Part shown: in pieces, positions 1 to 13,861 of the stretch | How positions within the stretch are numbered: position 1 is the stretch's first letter | How the letters are laid out: each line of letters opens with the position of its first letter | Assembly: GCA_003344405.1 (NCBI GenBank) | Contig: NOWV01000175.1 | Span: 1 to 64,000, forward strand | From: Trichoplax sp. H2 | Lineage: Eukaryota | DNA: 64,000 nucleotides | Reading direction: 5' to 3' | The notes under the pieces: generated by a model | What the model was told of the DNA's origin: nothing | Seen by the model: only the letters and a program-made list of their open reading frames with translations | Database searches by the model: none | Translations under genes and position numbers: made by a program

Positions 1-337
1 ATTTATTGAATTACTATGCCTATCGACTGTAAGGGCGCAATATCGTCCGACCATTTCTCCTTTTATTTCTTTTCTGGACAACTGTACTACTGGAAAAGCA
101 AGAAGCTTTTGCCGAAAAGCATCTTACACTGCAATGGCCCAATACGGCAAAACTTGTATCTTTTACGCTATTGGTTTAATAGCTATATCATCAATGTGTA
201 TTCTACTGTGATGCATACTATTGCTCAGAAATGAAAATCATACCAATCCAATCATGAGCCTGATCAACTTTCATTGATCACGCTGATGACTTTCAATCAT
301 GATGATACCTTTCTGCTTGTATGTTGATGGATTTTAG

Positions 338-3092
338 AGATTTAGCAGCGATATTGACGGATCCACCTCCCGGAATGTTTATTGTACCGGATGACGACGA
401 TATTACGAAGGTAACCAACTGTCTTCTATTGCCTATCATTACCGCTAATAGTGTTAACTTTATCGTAATATCAATACAATATTCTATAAGCAATGATGCT
501 TGTCCAAGTGTAGTGCAGCCCAAATATAGCTTAAGATTATATACAGTATGTGTGAATATCGTGCATGACGTAATTACTAGGCTAATTAAGATAGATACCC
601 TTGTATAGGTGCTAGATCGTAGAGTGAGATTAAATATGTGAGGATTTGTATTAGTAATTGCAATACGGATTGTAAAAGTTATTAGTCATACTGCTTGGCA
701 CCTCCAGGTACGCTAGAGGTGTGATGTTAGCCTTATTAAGGTAGATAATGATTTATGTGGCACGAAAATACTCTGTACACAATTGTATATAAGCAGGAGA
801 TTTTATCGCCGAAGACAGAGTAGCCATAGATAATCTAGTCCTTGGTAGAAGACGTAATTATCGTAATAAAGTGATTTTCCTTCAAGTTGTGGAAGTCGTT
901 GCGTTTCGATAGACACTTTATTACACCAAGATATAAATAAAGGCTTTTATCATAGTGTATCATTTATCTGTAACATATCACTTTGTCTTGGCAATATAGT
1001 GTAACCAGTGTGAAAATAGGATACTTTCAATTTGATTCTTAGGATTAACTTACGCGTATGTTAATCCCATTATGATACGCAATGCACGCGAATAAATTAC
1101 TCTGAAAGCCTTCTACGTCCAAATGTTGACTAATTTCGATTCAATTTCACCGTATTTGTGTTTTGTGTTATGTCATGAATAAATATATTGTAGATAAAGA
1201 GAAGAAAATATGCTGAGTGTCCTTACTGCCGTGTAATTATGGCAAACGACTGTATACTACATATAAAACATTAATTTAGCTTACATTAAATTGTTTTTTA
1301 TATATATGTATATATACCATTTTCTATTTATGACTTAGATGCACGCTTTAATCCTTGGACCTTTCGATACACCTTATGAAGGCGGATTCTTTTATTTCTT
1401 CCTAAAATTTCCAGTGACTTATCCCATCGAACCACCAAAAGTAAAACTGATGACCACTGGTGAAGGCTTAGTACGATTTAATCCCAACTTTTACAAAAAT
1501 GGCAAAGTCTGCTTGAGTATTTTAGGGTAATTTAATGACACAGAGAAATTATTGATTCATAATGATATTAACATTAAACATGACATGACGTAAAAGTTCA
1601 AAGTGCTGGTTTATACCCGTTTACTAATTATATCATTAAAATAGAACATGGCTTGGACCGCAATGGAAGCCGACACAAACTTTATCCAGTGTTCTTATGT
1701 CAATACAATCACTAATGAATGCAAGACCATATCATAACGAACCAGGATACGAAAATGTGAGTAGCGCGATACCATATACAAGTGAATTTAGTATTTAATG
1801 TGACGAGCTTAGATTTAAAATTATTGCGAGAAAAAATAACTTCACTTTTAATGAAGATACAAATCGTACTAAAGAGAATACGCGTTGATTGAAATGCCTG
1901 CATAGATTGCTGTATATTGATTAGCCATCGTTTACTTATTGATAGGAACGTCGTCAAGGAGATAGTCATCGATACAACGAATGTATTCGACATGAAACAC
2001 TACGAGTAGCGGTTTGCGATATGATGGAAGAAAAAGTTGATTGCCCCAATCAACTAAGGTTAATTGAAAATACCTTTTCGATAACTTACATAGTAAAGAT
2101 CTAACGTATTTTCACTATTTATACCTACAGTATTGATCTTGTCATCTTCATATTGAAAAGATAGCATTTTTAAATACAATCCAATTTCTGCTTAGTTTCT
2201 ACTACTGCTCTCTTCAATGCAAATAGTATGTATAACATTGGCAGTTTTAAATTTTTAGCGTAGTCTCAGGCGGTTAAATTTATAATGAGCCACAAGGAAT
2301 TAAAGTGTGCAATACCGCCTGGACGTTATCGTAACAGAAAGAGCATTAAAAATAGAATTAAAACTGCTACTATGTCGTCAATTTTATTCGCTTTAAAGAA
2401 AATCGTAGGTTCTCAAGGAGTTAGACTGTAAAGATGTCCATCGCTATCTAATCAACTACTTTCATAACAGGCATTAAGCCATAAAATTTCATCATCATAC
2501 GTCATAATACGCGGCGTTGTCATTGATTTCACTCTTTTAGTAACAATTTGCGTATTTGAAATTACTCAATCTTCTAATAATCACCAAAGTCTTCTGTTGT
2601 ATAGACAGTGTTGTTGGTGTAACAGCAATCACATTTTCAAAATCTTTTCAGATCATATTCGAAAGCCTAAGCTATTGAATTTAATTTCTTATAGAAATGT
2701 TATGATAGAAAATTTTAAGCTATTCTACCCGCAATATAACTCTTTGGCAAGCGATCGTATATGTTTAGATGGCTCTCAAATGCAGGTAAATTTTAAATGA
2801 ACTAGAGTAATCTTATTGTTGCAAAATATTGCTTAACCTCTGGAATAATTTCAGACTACTATCGTAAGCATATTATAGCTACTTATTTAACTTTTGATAG
2901 TCTGTATCCATTTATCATCAATTAAGAATTTTCCTATTCTGTATGCCGCGTATTACCATTCATCTATTAATGGATTTTCTATGAACCTAATTTACAATTT
3001 GATTTTAGGACCCATTTATGCAAAATACTGGAACTTTCAATTATCAAAAAATTTTGTCTCGCCTTACAAATTTAAACGCAACGTACCAGTGA
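338..3092 (+). CDS. UBE2Z: Ubiquitin-conjugating enzyme E2 Z (USE1), 5'-partial; exons 338-410, 1339-1526, 1645-1756, 1946-2058, 2695-2785, 3009-3092
   Basis: Spliced translation [121 protein letters not shown] closely follows UBE2Z, including the catalytic Cys in GKVCLS. All introns are GT-AG with consistent phases. The first exon is presumably upstream of the window. Confidence 0.95.
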
Positions 3093-5165
3093 CCAACAAA
3101 CTCCGATATGATTGTAATGATACTGTAACTGCACGATTAGGATTGCGAGATTAATTTATTAGCCATACATGTCGTTATTGTTTACATTAAAAAGCCTTAT
3201 TCAAAGATATTTTAATTACAACTGTTTATATTCCTTATTTGTGACTAACGTCAGGAAATCTACCCGTCTCAGCCTTTCATGAAAGTGCTCATCGGTGAAC
3301 ATGTTATATCGAATATTAATCATTAGATTTCAATACATCGGTTTTACCGATTTTCGTATTTGAAATTGCAACTCCTCTTGTATATATATGTATGTGCATT
3401 ATATGAATCGATGTTACTTGCTGACTTCTTATCTATGCTATATCATTTAGAAATAGTCTCGATAATGATGAAAATATCTTTACATATATTTATTTGCAAA
3501 TATCGAAAATTTCTCCAGTTTAGCAATTATATCTTCATCACTATCATTAGGGTATTTAACCCCAATAATAACGTAAGCAATCTATGATCATTTTAGCACT
3601 ATATACATGTGACGTATATGACTAGATTACTGATTTATCGTTGAATGGAAATAAAGTACAAGATTTCAAATGATGAAATAGTAAGGATGGTAAGGATATA
3701 ACACTACGGGTTGATTTCACACTCAGAAATTTTAATCTGAAATTGGCTTATAAAATTATTATAATCAGATCAATCGATCAAAGACAAATTGCTTCTTTCC
3801 GTCAACTTCCTGAAAAACTTGAGTTCTTACTAAATAGGCACAAAATTCTCAGTCATTAGTCTGTTTTGCTATGCCTGCGTAACCTTGTAAAACTACAAAT
3901 TCACATTTCGAGCGTTTCAACGCCCATGAGCTTTAAAACTTGGGAAAAATTTTTAACAATTTCAATTTATAGTCATCAAACAAGTGAAACTGCATTTAGC
4001 CGTAAACGAAATAAGTCTGCTAAAGTTTAGTAAAGCTACAGATCGATTTGTATAAATACAATTTTAGTGATTGCAACAAGCTAATATCATATTTCAAATA
4101 ATAGCACCGTATGCACTATACTTTGCTTGAACTTTGCTGTATTTTAACTATGCTCGTATAAAGAAACAGCGAATACAGCAATCCGATACATTAATGATCA
4201 CTGTATTGATTTGACTATTTGAATCAGGTATAATATGCTGTAATACGTAAATGGATTCCGGTAGTAAAAGGAATTCTAAAAAGTCGCATTTATGTGTTCA
4301 TGCTAATCAAGATAAATTCATGCAATTGGACCACAACGCTTAAGAAGTAGATCAGGAAACGGGTAATGAAAGGCAATTTCCACGCGTAATGTGATTTGTA
4401 GTGACGTATTTTGTTGATGATGATTGATGAATAAAGTAAAAATTAAAAGCAATTGCTTCTACATCGGTAATAAATGCAAAATTATATGTGGTGTATTATG
4501 CGAATATTATTTTTCAGCAGCTGCACAATACTAGGAACAATTATACCGTACTGTATATATAAACCGCGTTAAGGTATTCATAATATAATAGCAATACAGT
4601 ACTTTCAATTAACGAGTATAACGTGTCAGTGTCTTGCGTACTCTACTTCAGCAGTAATCAATAGTTCTGTTGTAATAAATAATAAAAATGGCCGCGCGGA
4701 TACGTATCACAATTAATTACTGTTTCCCTAAACTTTGCGTGGTACTGCAGTTTTGTATTATTTAGCTGCCTATGAACTGAGGTACAGTATCTCTGTCAGC
4801 AAAGTGGCAGGACATTAAGCTAGTATTTACCTAATCGCATTAACATATTGGGCAAATTTAGTAAAATTGTAGGATTAACACTTTTAATTTTTAAACAATC
4901 ACGATTAAAAAGCATTACATATAAATGAAAGACAGGAATGTCAACAATTTATGTTAAGAAATGACTACCAATTATCCAGAACGTTACTTTTACTGGTTAC
5001 CTGTAGGAATTTAAATTTATGATTACGAATAAAATTTATACCAACATACGTTGACAGCAATGCACGCCATTATAAATTCAATGGAACAGCGAATCCAAAG
5101 CTTGCGCAACTACTGCCCCTAGGAGGCAATCATAGTACTGTACGTGTATAAATAAGCATATTCTC

Positions 5166-8100
5166 TTAAAGCTTTGCATGAGTACTTGCTTCACGCATCG
5201 CATCTATAATAGTTTTAACGGGCCTATTGTGGTAACAGATTTCGTAAACAGCTGTAAAGATCGGAAAGCTAAAATAGCACCAAAAAAATACAGCCATATG
5301 AATATAACCATAGAAAATAAAATAATGATAGCTTTAGAATATTCTACGAATAGAAAGGATACTTACTCCTTTTCTAGGTTTTTTTCTTGTAAGAATTTAT
5401 TCGCCTCCATTGCTGTTAATGGACCTTGTAAATACTGTCCTTTGAGCATTTCCTTTTCTAGTTCAGCAAGTGTCTATTATACAATATAGAATGATAGCGT
5501 GTTTTAAAGCCACTACTTTCAACTGCTTATATTCACAGTACTACACATTTAACCAATAAGTATCATGGGATACCTTGCCACTTGACACAAACGCTTCTGC
5601 AACTCTTTGATTTCTGCCCATACTGCAAGTGGTGATTAAATCAGCAATTCCACAACTTTCAAAGTAAGTCTCTAACCGAGCTTCGCCATAGAATTCGGTT
5701 ATAAATCTTATCATTTCAATCAGTCCAAGGCGAATCATTGCAGCTCTGGTGTTGTCACTGTGGCTGCAATGAGGCAAGTAAATACTGTTTGTGTATTCAA
5801 ATTTTGCACGAGCTTTTCATCAAATATTACAATTACATACCATAGACCCATCACGAATCCGGAAGCTACTGCAATAATATTCTATGATAGGAAGAAGAGT
5901 CGGCAATGTTAGATGGAAGTTAGTATGTGATTAATTTATTCTTAAGTAAAAAGAATATCACAAATCCTAACTTTAAGAGCGCCACACAATTCAACCGTTT
6001 GGGGATCAAGAACAATACTTGTGCGAAAGTAACTTGCAGTAAATAGTTCTTTCCAAACAGTTCCTATTTTGCGGTCTTTACAACCTACATGTAAGATAAT
6101 GTGGGTGTGCATGCAGTTAAGACCAGTATTGGTATCAAGTTCCAATGCCATAATGAATTCGCAACAATACTAAATAGTAGATGCAATGAATTTAATGAAT
6201 TATAAACAAGCTAAGATAGAACTAACCAATAGTTGCTTCACAAAAGCTTTCATCAGCAACTTCCATTGCAATATTAGCACCCATAAGAACGCTCATCTCA
6301 ATGTTTAATAGACGTGAGATGGCAGATGAGATAAGTTCAATCCCTCTTCCACGACAGTCAAAACCCTGTATGAACATCACGAAGAATAGAGTTCAATCGC
6401 TTGAAATAGCCTCAGTAATCCTCAATTATACATTCGCTAATGCGATAGAAACGAACTAATTAAAGTCTTATTCTATCTACATTTCATGATTTTCTAATAT
6501 GAACGAAATGGCATTAATAGGTTACTCGCAAAAACTGCATTATCTGTTCTTAGAATAAAGTATCCACGTGTAAATAAATATTAATGGTAAGTTTTCATCA
6601 TCAAGTGGCCAACCTTAATGAGCGAGATACCGCAAACATCCGACCTAAGGCTCCCTTTGATTTGGTTGCAAATTCCATCAACAAACTGTAATAGAATATA
6701 GAAAATGTGTTTAAACGATGTAACTGTAGCTTGCAGAATATTTTAAGCTACTAATTCATGTTGTTTTGCGGACAATCGCATTGAATAACAGCATCGCTAC
6801 GTAAAAACAATCCATCTACACCTAATTTATTTAGTTCCGTACTATGTCAATAAAACTGCTGTAATTGCCAAGTGCTAAGCATGAAATGCACAAAGAATAC
6901 TAACACATTATACAACAAAAGCCATGACCGCACTTCAACTGGAATGGTATATTCATATTTAATATACATAAGTTTAACTTAGACTAGTATTGATACCTGA
7001 TGAGGAACTACAAATATCAGAAGGTTAGAATTCCTTACGGCTTCCTTGATATCTGGTACAGCAACCTAATTCATTTAAGATATAGAATCAAATAGAAAGT
7101 TCATCACTTTTTCCAAGTTGAAGCACTCTTTTTAGTCTTAAATCGTATGTCGAGCTCCTAAATATATCTAACTACGTCCAATGCGATCTATATGGAGTTA
7201 GTGAAACAGTAACCTCGATAAAAATTGAACGGATCATTCGATCTATTTTCAGCAAGAAACGTGCATCAATTTCTTATTACAAATGCATTGTTGCATAATG
7301 CTAATTCAGTAGGTCTACTTATTCATATATTGCATAACATTAAAATAAGATAAATAGTGATACATCAATTCTTACTATATATAATCAATGGAGTTACTAA
7401 GGCTAGTCGACAACATTAGGTCATCATGACACTACTGTTCCTAATTTGTAACTAATCCATGGGTAATTAATGAGAATCAACATCATCGTAACGTCGATTA
7501 GTGCAATACGATGAAAGAAGAAAACAAACAATTGTGTTACAGAAATTGGATACATCTTCAAGATTAAGTACTAACGACAAGAAAACAGTTACTGAATTAT
7601 CAAGAATGCATCCATTCTAAGGCAAAGAAACAAAGTTGAATGGAGAAAAGAAATAAGGTATCCTTACGATATTCTCTGGTAATTTGCGACCAGGTAGATA
7701 TTTAACATTTTCATGTTCGGTATTGATAATTTCAGATAGTTTGCGTCCATCAACCATCTCTTCATAAACATACATATTGACGGAATTGTCAAATTTGTCA
7801 AATTTTGTGACTGTACTGCCGACAATGCGGGCTATAGCGGAACCCCTATATAGGAAGGAAGAAGTTTCACCAGTCAATACACGGTCACCATTTAACTGCA
7901 GCATTTGCAATTTTCTCTCTTGTAAATACAATATAGAGATCACCTTGGGCCTGACTCAGATCATTGGATAATCAATGACTTAAAATTACCCTACTCATCA
8001 TTGTACAACGTTCAAAAAGTAAGGGAAATTATTACCCTATCTACTTATCAAGGTGGAAGCAGTATACAGTGTTTATTTATTGACCGGATTCCGCTTCGAA

Positions 8101-9915
8101 TGTAATTAAGCGAGCCTGTAATTCTATCAACGCAATCTAATTATAGAATATATTGAGTGGATTATTGTAACAATTCAAGTGCATCATAATGATGTAGCTT
8201 GTATTATTCTTATCTTAACATTGTCTAAAAGTCATTGAAATAAAAGCACACCGGGTATGCCGGGTACACAATATTTTTTTGCCGGTTGATAGTATTAATA
8301 AGCAAATTATAGTCTATCTATGATCATTCCGTCCTGTACAAACTTGCTGAACTTTAACTATAGCGATTCTGCCGCATATCAACTCTGATTAACGCATCTT
8401 ATATAGGGATGCAACATCGTGAGACTACCGAAAAGGACATGGAAATCATTATCTGATTAGCCGCGATGCCGATTTAATCTGATGCAAAAAATCGACATCA
8501 TCAGGCCAAATATAATCCATCATTGCACGAAATGATTAGGCTCGATTGATGTACTGTACGCCTAGAGATACGAGTTGCGTGCGTTGCAACGATAATCAAG
8601 TAGGAAAAATGATGAGATAACTGTAGCAGATCCTATTTAAAAAGCAAAAGAAAGTCGGAGAAAAAGAATGGCTCTGTTACAATGGACAATATTGATTATT
8701 TCATCTAGGAATCATCATCAGTGTCCTACAAGTACTGATGCATTGGTGATAACTATTTTATACCGTTGCTCGTTTTTCTCCCTTTCACAAAGTAGCCTGA
8801 TTGAGAAATGTCTATCTCAACAAATACCGCAGATAATAATTCAAAGTTGATATCCAATTGAATTTTATACTGTACAGTAGACAAGGGTTATCATTGGTGT
8901 ATAGAGAGGAAAAGAAATTATTCTTTTTCAATTAACAATATCATTGAACAAGAAATGATGACCAATATAGTACAATACTACTGTATGGATGATTATTCAT
9001 GCTACGGCCATCCAGTTTGTCTCCATTGGGCAAAAGGTCTGACAAACGGACGTACAAATGAATACGGAAGATAATAATAAGAGCCGATGCCCAACTGAAC
9101 TCATCATCATCATCAGTCTGTAAAGTAGTCAAAGAATTGTTGTCATTTTTTAATCGATAACCTTTGAAGAAGGAATTCAAGCCGACATGCTACAAGTATA
9201 GATCGTTGACAAGTTACTGAAGCTATAGCAACTACTTATTTCTCTCCCATGAAGATGTACGAGTCCAATAGAATGAGCCGTTGCTCACGGGCATTGAATC
9301 CAAATTGTCAATCAGGTTTTGCAAAAGTAAAGTACAATCTAGTTTAATCACCCTATCCAACTGAACATTTCTCTATTCTAGCCCGTCTTATACAAGTACT
9401 GTACTGATGCACGCATGATTTTATAGAGGCAATTGGAAATTTCTCACTCTTAGACAACGGATATCACCATTGGATATACAAGTGCATCCAGCTGTTGAGC
9501 TATCGAATGCAAATGGTCAATCCAATTCAAGTAGACAACAATCCAGTTGGATCGTTACGTCCAACTGGATTGTTGTCTTTTGTGATCAGTCTTGTAGAAG
9601 TCATGATCTACGAATCATTCTATTCAAGTTATGGGACGTTTCTCTTGCTTCTAACACGATGGAAGAATCCTACAAGCGCATCCTACCCCTCTCCATCATT
9701 GCCAATATCCATGCCAACGTCGCGCTTAGAATAGCAAATTGCAGTACGCCCTAGCACCTACTGTAACTTATCTCGCTTGATTTATCGCTCCTTGCAAGCG
9801 AATTTTCCTCTACCCTAAACAAGTATGACATCATCGTTGATTGAAAAGTGTAGACGATTAGCTCGACTTACCAATTGCCAGAACCCACAATACAAACTTT
9901 ATATAAATTAGCCAT
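5166..9915 (-). CDS. GPD1: Glycerol-3-phosphate dehydrogenase [NAD+], cytosolic; exons 9915-9872, 7845-7668, ~7064-6997, ~6686-6614, ~6366-6228, ~6085-5972, 5881-5841, 5763-5574, 5473-5367, 5268-5166
   Basis: Exon 1 [15 protein letters not shown] joins [17 protein letters not shown] (Rossmann GxGxxG). Later exons give [48 protein letters not shown] and [11 protein letters not shown]. Splice sites are canonical. GPD1 versus GPD1L cannot be resolved. Confidence 0.95.
9533..9578. repeat. Perfect 19-bp inverted repeat (hairpin) with 8-nt loop in GPD1 intron 1
   Basis: agacaacaatccagttgga (9533-9551), loop tcgttacg, then tccaactggattgttgtct (9560-9578), its exact reverse complement. Confidence 0.9.
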
Positions 9916-9949
9916 AATAATGCAATGATATTGACTGATTCTTGATGGA

Positions 9950-10620
9950 TGTGGATGGAATATGGATAGGAGAGCTTGTTGTTGTTTTCGTCGGTGCTGT
10001 GGTTCCCTCGGTAGGCCAGCAGCTGCAAGGTCCAGTAGGTGACACTTGGGGATGCGCTTGGCCCTTTAAGTACTGCCAGGGTACCGCTTGATAGCCCACA
10101 GGGGCAGATAAACAATGCGGTCGTGTGCCGTAGCCCTTGACCAAGGAAGGGGTCTCATGGTCTTGTTTAACGCCTATACTGTATCAGTATAAGAGGGTGA
10201 ACCAGGGGGCTAGGGGTGGTTATGCTGACCGGTGTCTCTCACCACCGGTGTTACCATGCTTTAGCGTGATGACGGTGGAAGCCCTGGATGAGGGTCACAG
10301 GTCAAAGTAGACTGGTCCATGTTGTACGATACTGTAGCATGGACGAAGCCTGAGTGGGTAGCAACTCACTGTTGACTAATTGGGGTATGGTACAGTCTAC
10401 TGTCGGTGGGCTGATAGGGGGTGAGTCAGGGGTTAGACAGGGTTAGTCAGGGACTTGTGGGTAATGACAGTATAGTGGTACAGTACCAGCCGATTCCATA
10501 GTGTACTGTACTGTAGAGTATTAGTTTAAAAGACCCTCACGACATGGTCATGGCCGCGGGATCGCCTTTGCTAAGCCCTGTTTTGCAATGACCGCTACCT
10601 TTTACAGCGGTCCAAGGTCT
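9950..10620. promoter_or_regulatory. GC-rich island upstream of the GPD1 start, containing a G-quadruplex-like G-tract array (10408-10461)
   Basis: Visibly higher GC than the AT-rich flanks, directly 5' of the GPD1 ATG. Contains GGG-ctgata-GGGGG-tgagtca-GGGG-ttagaca-GGG-ttagtca-GGG-acttgt-GGG. Confidence 0.5.
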
Positions 10621-13600
10621 CATCGACTCGTTGTACAACTAGGTCTGTCGATTCTATGTCAGCAACGATTCCACTCGAGATTTGAAAATAAACTACACAA
10701 ACCTTGAGAGGTGTATCGAGTAGCCCATCATTGGACTTGGTATCTATGGAAACTGCCAATGAATGCATTCATTCCCGCAGGTGGACAACAACTTTTTTGC
10801 TAACGATAACCTTGCATCAGCAAAGACGGATATCAGATAGCTGATGAGGATGATGATACAGCTTCAATTTGCAATTTTAGCCATATCTTCAAAATAACGA
10901 TCATAGATCAACAGTAATAGCCGACTCCTGCAATACACATTGGATTTTTACAGTATTCTAATATCGCTCTGATGTAGTATATTGCTCTATTCAAAGCGTT
11001 TTAGTATAAAGTTCATGCATTTTCCATATGGATCGCAAGTAGAAAGAGATCAATACCCACAAGATACAATATTGAATCAGTTACTACGCACAACACATAG
11101 TAACAAGTCAAACAATAACTCTTCAGCATTATTCCATACTTTACCCGTCAAATCGGCTATTTTCAGTTCCGTTTGGATCACGCTATCTGCAAAAACAACC
11201 TCAAATAAATTAATAACGAATTACTACAGTATTGCATATCTAAATAAAGTAACGCAGACATCCACATGAAAAATTAATTTTGTACGATATTAATGGACTT
11301 GATCGCAGCAACAATAGAGCAATAATGAACAAAAAATGAGACATCCTTTTTTTAGTCAGCGGATGAAATAATAAATTACTTTATACGATACAAGATATCA
11401 TATTAAATGATTAATTCATTATTTTAGTCCAAGGAAGTTGTAAATTAAAGCTCAAAATTTCACTATTGTAGCCTTTTTCCATATGGGTTGTTGCACTTTG
11501 GTTGAATTGACAGAGATGAATACAGGAAAGGATTCAAGACTTGTGTATGTCGCAATTTTGGACACATGTCATATTTACTGTGGATGATAACGCGATCAAT
11601 ATATTTACCATGAGTAAGGATAAATAAATGGAAATTGGTATAGAGGTGTAAACAGTATAAACATTTTCAAGAAGTGTTTTTGCATATTACAAGTAGCTCG
11701 ATATTTTTATGGCCTCAATTTCCAACAAAGGACACTTTTCTAATTTTTCATTCACAAAATAATTTATAGATGGACAATCCCTTAACAAATATGTAAATCT
11801 AAAGTGAAAAGAATTCATAATAAGTTAGTTAATAAGGTAAATACTGTTGTAGCCTATTGAAACTCTTGACAATGACTATCCTTAGGTAATATAATGCTAT
11901 AGTGCTTATGTAGAGAAATAAGATCATCACTAAAATAATTAGGTGTAGGAGAATATTATTTAACAAATTCAATTAATTATTATACTATTAATTCTTTTCA
12001 TTCATTTACTATCGGTCACAAACCAGCTTCGTGATAAAGATAACGTAAAATAAATCTCTAAATTACGATAGTCTCCGGTAGTCAGTATCCCTTAGCTATC
12101 TCACAAGAATTTAGACGCCTTTGCTTCTACGTTTAACAACTATAGAACTCTTATTTTATTCAACTATCTGCCGAGCTTAAATACCCTTCGGTAGCTGCTA
12201 TCATGTATGAGCCGTAACAGTTCATCAAATTCAGTTCATATTGGATAGCTAAATTAATACAGAAATTATTCATAATCTTAGACATGTACAGAACGATTCT
12301 AGATGATTAGATTACAGTATGGTCATACACAGAATTATTTATACTATCATCTATAATTGAATATCTTTAGGATATTCATCACAAGTGTTACAAGACATAA
12401 TACTATAATCAATTAACATTAGTTACCGTATAAGAACTTTTACTACAGCACAGCATAATTTACTGTATCAAAATAATAACTACTGTAGTTCTTACTGTAA
12501 GCCATTATTAGTTATCTCCATATATAAATGTTAACCACTAAATTTAGTCATTTACTCTTCACGGCGGTTCGTACCGCGACATTATCATCTCATTGCCTTT
12601 TTTTATTATCATGCACTTAGACTAGGTTTCAAGTATATTGCCACATACTGTAGATATCTCCAGAGAATGAATAAACAAATAAAATTACGGAACATTGTTT
12701 GAATAAGTTATTCCACGCAAAATGAGGCTTATTCATATTTATTCATACTCGATCATTATGTCGCAACCAATCTTATGCCTGCTCCATCTCAAAACACACC
12801 CAGGAAGGTTGGTTATAAATTGTTAGCTTCTAATAAGACTTTACATCTCAAAGAATTATACATTGCCTTATCCTAATAAATACTGTAGGTAACAGTCCGC
12901 ATAGATGACTTAAGATTAAATGTTGTACGAATATTTTCAGGGTATCTTAATAACATTAAGGTTCTAAAGGGTACTTTATCGTATTGTCCTTTACAAGAAA
13001 AAACATGTGACACCAGCATCAAGCAATATACACATCTTCCATTATCAATCGATACGTCCGCAAAATTCTTTTTCCCACGCTGCTAATATAGCTTAAAAGC
13101 ACCTACTCCAAGTGCGAAATCGGATTACATTTGCTGTTGTCACTCTATTAGAATAGTACTGATACCATAAAAATTATTCCTGTGATATCAAATACTTCTT
13201 TTTGGGAGGAATAGTGTATCTCTCAAAGGTTGTAGTCGGTAATATAACATCATGAGTTAAAATCTGACAAATTGTTTTTGAATATAGGTTCGATATGAAT
13301 AGAATCGATTATATTATAGAAGGGTAAAAATATTAGAATAATCAAGTATTTTTTTATCAATAATTCATTATCAAGAGTAACATTATATCGCAATTAATTA
13401 ATGAATTAATAATTTAAACGAGTCGTCCGATCGAATTCTCTATTGACGAAGGGTGTGACCACTATTTTGGGATCTTCTATTTCTTGCTGATGCGGAAAGC
13501 GCTATGTATTTGTGATACAGCATATTCATTTGGTTATAGGGCTAGAAGGAATTTAAAGAAACATCTTTTACACTAATGCAAAGCAGTATAAGAATAGAAG

Positions 13601-13861
13601 CTTTATTTTATTATATATATATTTATATATTACATACCTCTAAAAACGTTTGAATTTGATAAATGAATAATACAAGTATAGCTAAAATCATATAACAGGT
13701 CCGGTTGTATTGTGGTTCAATTTCTACTATAGAATTAAAAAAGAACCAACAATCAGATATAATAGGTTATATTGATCTGTTCTGTTAATGAATATATAAC
13801 AGTGATAATCGTTGACAATAGCTATTCATAACAACTATTCAATTCCGTTTAATCAGCTTAC

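Noticed and set aside
8941-9754. Short ORFs inside GPD1 intron 1 as a nested gene
   Set aside because: No recognisable motifs. The only splice path I could build runs into a stop (NMSA*) and the acceptors are weak.
9858-10144. ORFs overlapping the GPD1 start and GC island
   Set aside because: They are in different frames from the real exon 1 and are expected by chance in locally GC-rich DNA.
10545-10850. Possible divergent + strand gene sharing the GPD1 promoter
   Set aside because: Some splice-like sites exist, but no consistent open exon chain or known motif was found.
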